Virus record (IMG/VR): IMGVR_UViG_2795385758_000004
Span: 1-22,291 of that record
Source: a virus
Taxonomy: Duplodnaviria; Heunggongvirae; Uroviricota; Caudoviricetes
Strand: one strand, 5' to 3'
Length of the DNA stretch: 22,291 nt
Part shown: piece after piece, positions 8,536-14,685 of the stretch
Layout: each line of letters opens with the position of its first letter
How positions within the stretch are numbered: position 1 is the stretch's first letter
Position numbers and translations under genes: made by a program
The notes under the pieces: model-generated
What the model was told of the DNA's origin: nothing
Database searches by the model: none
Seen by the model: only the letters and a program-made list of their open reading frames with translations

Positions 8536-8758
8536 ACGAATCCAGCGCAAGCGCACCCGTTACCTGGGGCATCTTGAGATCTATTGCCCCGGTACCGGGA
8601 AGCCACCCGCCGCGGGGGCGCGTGCAGCGAGCTTCCGACCCCGGGGGATCTGTTCAATGTGCGGCTACGAGTACGCGCTCAAGACGGACGGATGCCTGCG
8701 GGCGCATGGCCGATATCCGGTGCAAATCACCTACACGACCACGAAAGAGGATTCATGA
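8528..8758 (+). CDS. Small putative zinc-binding protein (76 aa)
   Basis: GTG start; CPGTGKPP..GICSMCGYEY..LRAH motif; stop overlaps the ATG of the initiator. Confidence 0.65.
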   Translation: MPERIQRKRTRYLGHLEIYCPGTGKPPAAGARAASFRPRGICSMCGYEYALKTDGCLRAHGRYPVQITYTTTKEDS

Positions 8759-9552
8759 AGGCCGTTCTGCTCTCGTCGACGTACTACCTCGATGAGGCCG
8801 TGCAGCAGCTCAGCCCCAACGCTGAGCGCATGCTCACGAGAGCACTCGCCTTCTGCGGCAACGTCGAATCATCCGGCTACATCTCCGAGCTCAACATCAC
8901 GATGCTTGGGCTACCCAACCCCAAGAAACTCGCCCGTGAGTTGGTAGACGCGGAGATCCTTGTTCCACGCCCGAACGGCGGGTGGGACTTTCGCACATGG
9001 GACGTGTGGAACTCGGCCGGGGACGCACTCGTGGCGCGTCGCAAGGCCGACCGAGATCGGCAGGCGCGGCTACGGCAAGAGAAGAAATCACGTGACGCGT
9101 CACGTGAGATGTCACGTGACGTCACGCCCCCTAATAGAACAGAACAGAAGAGAACTACTGGTTACGTTGAGAGTGCTACTCCCGACTCGACCGAGCGCGA
9201 GCCGCGCAGCGCACCCGTGACGCCGCTGGCCAATCGCCTGGTCTCCCAGATCATCCCTTCCGAACACCCGCCGGCCACCCTCACCGAACTGCGCTTGCAG
9301 ACATCCGCCCTGCTCAAAGCCGGTCAACCCGAGGCGCTGGTGGCCCAAGCACTCGAACTCTGGACCACCAAGGCGCTGCACCCCAAGACTCTGCCCAGTC
9401 TGGTATCCGAGCTGATCAACGGCCGAAATCAGCCCAACCGCAACACGTCCGAGCACGCCCAGGCGCCGCCCGCTGCGCGCAAGGTCGGCATCGGTCTCGA
9501 CCTCGCACGCGAATTCGCCAACCAGCCCGAACCACCCGCATTGGAGGCATGA
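8755..9552 (+). CDS. Replication initiator / replisome organiser (lambda O / RepA-like)
   Basis: SD GAGG and ATGA overlap. N-terminal winged-helix-like region, W..WN followed by a charged coil (RRKADRDRQARLRQEKK) and SRD repeats. Internal DNA repeats; followed by a helicase-loader-like gene. Confidence 0.75.
   Translation: MKAVLLSSTYYLDEAVQQLSPNAERMLTRALAFCGNVESSGYISELNITMLGLPNPKKLARELVDAEILVPRPNGGWDFRTWDVWNSAGDALVARRKADRDRQARLRQEKKSRDASREMSRDVTPPNRTEQKRTTGYVESATPDSTEREPRSAPVTPLANRLVSQIIPSEHPPATLTELRLQTSALLKAGQPEALVAQALELWTTKALHPKTLPSLVSELINGRNQPNRNTSEHAQAPPAARKVGIGLDLAREFANQPEPPALEA
9088..9155. repeat. Iteron-like palindromic repeats, candidate phage replication origin
   Basis: TCACGTGA at 9088, 9100 and 9112 (12-bp period); perfect 20-bp palindrome 9088-9107; 12-bp palindrome 9115-9126; then AGAAC-AGAAC-AGAAG-AGAAC at 9136-9155. 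The repeats are certain; the origin role is inferred. Confidence 0.7.
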
Positions 9553-9920
9553 TGACCACCCGGAACTACCCCCAGATCGCCGCGCTGGTGCTCACGAAAT
9601 GCGCCGCCTACGACCCGTATCTGACCGCTCCGACCAAGGAAACCTGCCTTGCATGGGCTGAGCAATTCGAGCTGTACGGGCTCGATCTCGACGACCTGAC
9701 CAAGGCCGTCACGAAGGTCTACAGCGAGCACGGATCGGGCTATCGGCCACTGCCCAAGGACATCACCGACGCCGCCCGGGCCATCCGGCGCGAGCGCACC
9801 GAACGCGAGTCCAGTGAGCAGCGCGAAGCGCGCGAGGACCGGCTCGACGCGCGACCTGGGCTCGTCGACCACCGCCGCGAGATCACCCAATTCGCCAACA
9901 CGTTCGGAGCCATCCAGTGA
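9549..9920 (+). CDS. Putative helicase loader/inhibitor, SPP1 G39P-like (alternative start 9552)
   Basis: LVLTKCAAYDP..ETCLAWAEQF..LDDLTKAVTKVY..RPLPKDITDAARAIRRER pattern; position directly after the initiator; SD GGAGG at 9543-9547. Confidence 0.6.
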   Translation: MMTTRNYPQIAALVLTKCAAYDPYLTAPTKETCLAWAEQFELYGLDLDDLTKAVTKVYSEHGSGYRPLPKDITDAARAIRRERTERESSEQREAREDRLDARPGLVDHRREITQFANTFGAIQ

Positions 9921-10258
9921 GCGACATCGTTGACGCCGAGGTCTACTGCGGGAGCGCCCACCCCGACGGCGAATGCAGCCTGCCCGACGGCCACAAGGGG
10001 CACCACGAGAACCTGTACGCCCGATGGCCGGCCGATTGGGGCTGGTGCATCGGTGGCGACGAGGGAATGCCCACCACTGAGATTCAGTACGGCATCGAGC
10101 CGAGCCCCGGCGACTGCGCGCGGTTCCACACCGACGAGCTCGTGAGCGCGATCGAGGAAGTGTCCAACTACCGCGAGGGCGCCCTGATCATCACGCGCAC
10201 GGTCACCTACGGACCGTGGCGCTACGTCACCCCCGAGGAAATGCAGGCCGCAGAATGA
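9917..10258 (+). CDS. Hypothetical phage protein with N-terminal Cys/His motif
   Basis: CGSAHPDGECSLPDGHKGHH; GTGA and ATGA coupling. Confidence 0.75.
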   Translation: MSDIVDAEVYCGSAHPDGECSLPDGHKGHHENLYARWPADWGWCIGGDEGMPTTEIQYGIEPSPGDCARFHTDELVSAIEEVSNYREGALIITRTVTYGPWRYVTPEEMQAAE

Positions 10259-10458
10259 GCGAGCATCCCCGCCAGTACGTGCCCCGACGTCCGCGCCCAT
10301 GTGCCTCGCGCGGCCCCGTGGTCGCCGCCTACGCCGACAAGATCGATTACCCGTGCCAGAACTGCGGCGCCGAGCCCAACAGCTGGTGCAAGACTCCTGA
10401 GGGCCGCGACCAGATCGCCCCGTGCTGGAACCGAGGCGCCAAGGTTGGTGCGCGATGA
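10255..10458 (+). CDS. Small zinc-finger protein (67 aa)
   Basis: PCQNCGAEPNSWC..PCWNR; ATGA overlaps at both ends. Confidence 0.7.
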   Translation: MSEHPRQYVPRRPRPCASRGPVVAAYADKIDYPCQNCGAEPNSWCKTPEGRDQIAPCWNRGAKVGAR

Positions 10459-10748
10459 GCACCCTGTGGATGTTGCGCCAGATGGGTTTTCGGCCCTGGA
10501 TCGCATGGCAGCTGGTGTGTCTAGCCGCCCGCATCCACAACCCGCAATGGGTCGAACACATCACCATCACCACCCCCGACGGCAGCGCATGCAGCATCGA
10601 GATCATCGGCGACGAGTACGGCAGCGGGATATCGGCGACCACCGGCATCGGCTGGTGCGACCAGCGCGACGGCACCGAGGCTGCCGACATCGGGGGCGGC
10701 GTGCAGCTGCATCACCACTGGCCCGAGCGAATCGAGGATGTCCGATGA
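10455..10748 (+). CDS. Hypothetical phage protein (97 aa)
   Basis: ATGA overlaps at both ends. Confidence 0.7.
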   Translation: MSTLWMLRQMGFRPWIAWQLVCLAARIHNPQWVEHITITTPDGSACSIEIIGDEYGSGISATTGIGWCDQRDGTEAADIGGGVQLHHHWPERIEDVR

Positions 10749-10915
10749 GCGCCGCCGGCAAGATCCCGAAACTGGCCAACCCCAGTTCCCCCGCGGTCCT
10801 GGCCGCACTGCGCATCCCATGCCCGACATGCAAAGCCGCGCCCCAACAACGCTGCCGGGGCCTGAACTACCGCATCGTCCACTTCGCCCGCTGCACATTC
10901 AAGGAGATCCCGTGA
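10745..10915 (+). CDS. Small zinc-finger protein (56 aa)
   Basis: PCPTCKAAPQQRC..VHFAR; ATGA upstream and GTGA downstream; internal SD AAGGAG for the next gene. Confidence 0.7.
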   Translation: MSAAGKIPKLANPSSPAVLAALRIPCPTCKAAPQQRCRGLNYRIVHFARCTFKEIP

Positions 10916-11457
10916 CCATCGTCCTCGGTATCGATCCGAGCCTACGTAGCACTGGCCTTGCCGTGCTGACCGATGGCCAGCCGACGGCACTGCACTCGAT
11001 CGGCTACGGCGGCCACGACGGCGATTCGTACGCAACTCGCAGCCGGCGTGTGCGCGCCGTGTGCCGAGCGGTGATCGAATGGGCGCTACGCGACGGCCCG
11101 CCGGATCTCGCCGTCATTGAGGGCCCCGCCTACGGCCAATTCCTACCCTCGACGTTCGACCGCAGCGGGCTATGGCACGGGCTATTCGGCGCGCTGGACG
11201 CCAAAAAGGTTCCCGTCGCGGTAGTTCCCCCGCAGACCCGCGCCAAGTGGGCCACAGGCAACGGCAGGGCCGAGAAAGGCGAAGTACTGCTCAACGTCCG
11301 CGAATGGTTCGGTCCCCGCGTCAAGGTAGTCAACCACGACATCGCCGACGCCGCGGTGCTCGCGCTCATGGGCGCGTTCCGGCTCGGCGAAGCAATGCCG
11401 TTCACCGTAAAACCGCGGCACTACGCGGGATTGGATGCAGCGGCATGGCCGAAGTGA
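10912..11457 (+). CDS. ruvC: RuvC-like Holliday junction resolvase
   Basis: VLGIDPSLRSTG, DLAVIEGPAY, VPPQTRAKWATGNGRAEK and HDIADA carry the RuvC catalytic D/E/D/D pattern. Confidence 0.9.
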   Translation: MTIVLGIDPSLRSTGLAVLTDGQPTALHSIGYGGHDGDSYATRSRRVRAVCRAVIEWALRDGPPDLAVIEGPAYGQFLPSTFDRSGLWHGLFGALDAKKVPVAVVPPQTRAKWATGNGRAEKGEVLLNVREWFGPRVKVVNHDIADAAVLALMGAFRLGEAMPFTVKPRHYAGLDAAAWPK

Positions 11458-11660
11458 ATCCGGGGCAGTGGTTCAACGACATTGTCAACGAAGACCAGAA
11501 GCATCGCCGCGACCTGCGAGAGCGGGCGCTGTATTCCGCCACCCTGCTGCATTGCGACACCGGCGACGCGATGGCGATATTTGATCGTGAAGGCGCTGCC
11601 AACGACGTACTCGCCACCGCACAGCAGTTCTATGACTGGATCACTGGGGAGATCGAGTGA
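11454..11660 (+). CDS. Hypothetical phage protein (68 aa; alternative ATG 11445)
   Basis: GTGA overlaps at both ends. Confidence 0.7.
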   Translation: MNPGQWFNDIVNEDQKHRRDLRERALYSATLLHCDTGDAMAIFDREGAANDVLATAQQFYDWITGEIE

Positions 11661-12796
11661 CCAAGTGCCGCAAGTGCTCCCAGAAGTGCGATCTATTCCT
11701 GTGCAACGACTGCATCGACCAGCTACAGGAACACCTCACCGAGATCGCCTGGCTGATAGGCGAACTGGAGATCACACTCACCGGCCAAGACGTGCTCACC
11801 ACCGGCTCGGTAGGGCAGTCCAGCGAGGAACCCAGCCCGATTCGGTTCGATTCGCAGGGCAACCCGAACACCATCGGCGACCAAACGCGCAACGCCGTCA
11901 CCACATGGGTACGTGACCTCTGCGAGACCCGGCGTATCGCATTCGAGCCGGTGCGCGTCGTCCCGCTGGACTTCATCGGACCACTACCCGATGACCGCTG
12001 GCGGCGCCTACCGAGGCGGTACCAGCCCACCGCGGCCGACGCCGCCGAATGGCTCGCCGAGCACGTGCACACCATCGCCGCAGACCCCGGCGCCGCGCGG
12101 TGCTTCAAGGAAATGGCAGACCTGCGCGCCAATGCCCTGCGCATGATCAACCGGCCAGACCGTCACTTCGCCGGCCCCTGCCCCACCATCAAGGCGTACT
12201 CGCGCACCGGCAAGCCCATCGAATGCGGCAAGCTCCTGTACGCGGCCACCGACGAGCGCAGCATTACCTGCCCGGCGTGCAAGCAACCGGTCGACGTGCA
12301 GCGCAACCGTCAACGCGCATGGCGCGAGGGCGACAGGCTCACCGAGCGCATCTTGCTCAAGCGGCTCAAGGACATCGAGGAACCGGTCTCCGAGCGCCAG
12401 CTCTACCGATGGCTCCGACAGCGCAAACTTGCCCCCGTCGGCTGGCTACACAAGGGCGTGTTCGTCGAGCACTACATCATGCGCGGAGACCCGCGGGTGT
12501 TCAGTCTGCGCGCGGTAAGGCAGCTGCGGGCCGCAGAGCTCAAGGCCGGGCGGGCCGAGGTGGAACAGGCCGCCCCAGAACCGGCTCATGACGAGCCGGA
12601 AGCGGACCGCACGGCACCGAAACCGGAACAAGCAGAGCGTGAGGCGTATCGGCACGCATCCCGCACCTACGGGCAATCGGAACCGGCCGCCGAGGCGGAA
12701 CACGAGCCCGCCGAAGCGGATCAAAATGTCCCGGCGACGAATCTCTCCGAAAGCTCCGCAGTCTGTAACCTGCGCGAATATGCTCCGCGTGCATGA
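11657..12796 (+). CDS. Large Zn-binding plus HTH protein, putative late transcriptional regulator
   Basis: N-terminal CxxC..CxxC, central GPCP..CGKLLY..CPAC zinc ribbon, HTH-like SERQLYRWLRQRKL..RVFSLRAV; last large gene of the early operon before packaging. Regulator role inferred from position. Confidence 0.7.
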   Translation: MTKCRKCSQKCDLFLCNDCIDQLQEHLTEIAWLIGELEITLTGQDVLTTGSVGQSSEEPSPIRFDSQGNPNTIGDQTRNAVTTWVRDLCETRRIAFEPVRVVPLDFIGPLPDDRWRRLPRRYQPTAADAAEWLAEHVHTIAADPGAARCFKEMADLRANALRMINRPDRHFAGPCPTIKAYSRTGKPIECGKLLYAATDERSITCPACKQPVDVQRNRQRAWREGDRLTERILLKRLKDIEEPVSERQLYRWLRQRKLAPVGWLHKGVFVEHYIMRGDPRVFSLRAVRQLRAAELKAGRAEVEQAAPEPAHDEPEADRTAPKPEQAEREAYRHASRTYGQSEPAAEAEHEPAEADQNVPATNLSESSAVCNLREYAPRA

Positions 12797-13143
12797 TCAC
12801 CATTCGCGACGGATCGACTCTCATCTTTGCAGCCGAAGAGGCCCCAGACACGACGAGCGCAGTGGCCCACTTGCAGTTTCTTGCGGTCCGAATGTTCCGG
12901 CAAGGCAAGGGGTTTCCAGTGACCTTCTTCGGACTCCCCTCGGACCCGGGCAGCCCGCCCAGTGTGCAGGCGACATACTGGTTTCATCCGGGCATGACGC
13001 TGGCGTTTGACTATGGGACCTCAGAGGAAGTGACCATCGACGAGGAAGTCTTAGCCACCGACATGAAGGCGGCCACGAATAGCCCCCTCGGCATCCCCAT
13101 CTCTAAGATCTCAGTCCCGTTCCCCGTCGTCACCAAATGGTGA
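12793..13143 (+). CDS. Accessory hypothetical protein (116 aa)
   Basis: ATGA overlap. AHLQ..FRQGKGF..YWFHP..LAFDY..ATNSPLGI recalls a small uncharacterised actinobacterial protein family (recollection, not searched). Confidence 0.75.
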   Translation: MITIRDGSTLIFAAEEAPDTTSAVAHLQFLAVRMFRQGKGFPVTFFGLPSDPGSPPSVQATYWFHPGMTLAFDYGTSEEVTIDEEVLATDMKAATNSPLGIPISKISVPFPVVTKW

Positions 13144-13164
13144 GACTCAGCTCCGCTGTCGGTG

Positions 13165-13182
13165 GCCAGTAGTACAACTGGC
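13165..13182. promoter_or_regulatory. Operator-like 18-bp near-perfect palindrome
   Basis: GCCAGT-A-GTAC-A-ACTGGC, ending 3 bp before the ATG at 13185. Confidence 0.4.
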
Positions 13183-13184
13183 AG

Positions 13185-13466
13185 ATGGCACGCCCACCGC
13201 GCGATCGGTACCCCAATGCGTGCGTCGGTGACCTTGTTGAAACCGCCACGGGCTGGGCCGTCGTCGGCCCTCTCTACTGCCCGAACTGGCACAGCGCCGA
13301 AGAGCCCGGCTGGAAACACTCAACCGCAACATGCGCATGCAAGACACGGCACTACACCTGGACATGCCACTGCGGCGCCACCACCTACGCACCCAAGCTC
13401 GGACCCCAATGCCAGATCCGAGGTGGTGGCGAAGGCGTCATGCCACCCGACCACAGCCGAGTATGA
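13185..13466 (+). CDS. Accessory Cys/His-rich (putative zinc-binding) protein (93 aa)
   Basis: VGDLVETATGWAVVGPLYCPNWH..CACKTRHYTWTCHCGATTYAPKLGPQC; fills the gap before the terminator; no clear SD, so possibly leaderless. Confidence 0.7.
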   Translation: MARPPRDRYPNACVGDLVETATGWAVVGPLYCPNWHSAEEPGWKHSTATCACKTRHYTWTCHCGATTYAPKLGPQCQIRGGGEGVMPPDHSRV

Positions 13467-13555
13467 CGACACACTCGCCACGCGTGCCCCGCACGTTACT
13501 TGCGTAACACGTCCTGACCTGCGACGATTGGAACTGTCGCAAGTAAACCCTGCCC

Positions 13556-13582
13556 AAAAAACCCCGGCCTAGCTGGGGTTTT
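13556..13582. terminator. Bidirectional intrinsic terminator-like hairpin upstream of the late genes
   Basis: AAAACCCCGGC-CTA-GCTGGGGTTTT (13558-13582, one G-U pair); TTTTGT follows on +, and A6 at 13556-13561 gives U6 on the minus strand. Confidence 0.7.
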
Positions 13583-13605
13583 GTCATATCCGGGGAGGCG
13601 ACTTC

Positions 13606-13965
13606 ATGCCCAGTGCACCACCGCGCGTGTGCGCTCGCTGCCACAAGCCTGCACCTAAGGGCCGGCCCTGCTCGTGTCGTCCAGCATGGGAAGGCTCCAC
13701 CCATGACAGCGGCAATGATCGGCGCTGGCAGGGCGTGCGTGATGCCTACCTGGCCACACACCCGCTGTGCGAGCATCCGGGCTGCCCGCGGCTGGCCGAC
13801 GACGTAGACCACGTGACGCCGCTGGCTGAGGGCGGTGCCAAGTACGATCCGCGCAACTTCATGTCCCTGTGCGAGGACCACCACAAGGCCAAGACCAACG
13901 CCGACGCGCTGCGTGGCAAACATCGTCTGCGGACAGCAAATTCGTACGCAAAGAGGCGTGCATAA
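13606..13965 (+). CDS. Terminase-associated HNH endonuclease (HK97 gp74-like)
   Basis: SD GGGAGG; HPLCEHPGC..VDHVTPLAEGG..NFMSLCEDHHKAKT; directly upstream of terS. Confidence 0.92.
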   Translation: MPSAPPRVCARCHKPAPKGRPCSCRPAWEGSTHDSGNDRRWQGVRDAYLATHPLCEHPGCPRLADDVDHVTPLAEGGAKYDPRNFMSLCEDHHKAKTNADALRGKHRLRTANSYAKRRA

Positions 13966-14135
13966 ATATTCAGAGGTTTATGCATGGCGAATAGTCCCCT
14001 TGGATGCATATTCGCAGGTCAGAGGGGGTATAGGGGTGAATATCGCTCCGACCAGCACATATGCGACTCGCCGCGGTAGGCGAAGATTTTTCTGCACAAC
14101 ATTCATGCAAGGGGGGGTAATTATGCATAAACCCC
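13959..14135. other. Candidate cos/packaging-initiation region
   Basis: AT-richer spacer between HNH and terS with G-runs, repeated TGCATAA/TTATGCA and ATGCAT motifs, and a central dyad TCGCC-GCGGTA-GGCGA (14068-14083). Position is typical for HNH plus P27-terS cos phages; the cut site is not determinable from sequence. Confidence 0.55.
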
Positions 14136-14184
14136 ATGGCGCGCCAGCAAATGGCCTCCCTGTACAGCAAATAGGTGGTGAGTG

Positions 14185-14685
14185 ATGCCCGCGCAGCAGC
14201 CAGCGAAACTGCTCTTGCTCAATGGTCGCGGTGAGGGCCAGGACAGTGCAGGTCGGCCGGTTGCGCAGCCCCCGGCATTCAAGCGCCTGGCCCCGAATCC
14301 GCCAACCTGGCTCTCTGCTGAGGCAAAGGCCGAGTGGAAGCGCGTTGCCCCTGGTCTGGTGCGTCTTGACCTGATCAAACCGGAGGACCGCGCGACGTTG
14401 GCCGCGTACTGCGAGACGTGGGCGCGGTTCGTCGCGGCGACCAGGGATGTGAACGCCAACGGGATCACGGTGCGCAACGAGTCGACCCGCAAGGACGGCA
14501 GCACGTCGGTGTGGTGGACGAAGAACCCCGCGGTGGCGGTGGCCGAGCAGGCGTCGTCGCGGTTGCTGCAATTCGCCAACCACTTCGGTTTGACGCCGGC
14601 CGCTGAGCGCAACGTGTCCAAGCGAGACGACGATCGTGGCGAGTTCGAGGCGAACCCGTTCGCGGGTGCAGCCGACGACGACTGA
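14185..14685 (+). CDS. terS: Terminase small subunit, P27 family
   Basis: PPTWLSAEAKAEWKRV, LAAYCETW, NPAVAV and FGLTPAAER are P27-family motifs. Confidence 0.93.
   Translation: MPAQQPAKLLLLNGRGEGQDSAGRPVAQPPAFKRLAPNPPTWLSAEAKAEWKRVAPGLVRLDLIKPEDRATLAAYCETWARFVAATRDVNANGITVRNESTRKDGSTSVWWTKNPAVAVAEQASSRLLQFANHFGLTPAAERNVSKRDDDRGEFEANPFAGAADDD

Noticed and set aside
9740-10690. 316-aa minus-strand ORF
   Set aside because: Antisense shadow of five coupled + strand genes; no recognisable motifs; long stop-free antisense frames are expected at this GC content.
13140-13172. 10-codon mini-ORF (GTG...TAG) overlapping the 12793 gene stop
   Set aside because: Too short to support; a GTGA overlap can occur by chance.
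13162-13572. 136-aa alternative + frame ORF
   Set aside because: Low-complexity A/P/T/R sequence that runs into the terminator; the 13185-13466 frame has a coherent Cys/His motif.
14650-14663. GCGAAC-CC-GTTCGC, resembling a LexA/SOS box
   Set aside because: Spacer is 2 bp rather than the 4 bp of the mycobacterial TCGAAC-N4-GTTCGA box, and it lies in the terS/terL coding overlap.
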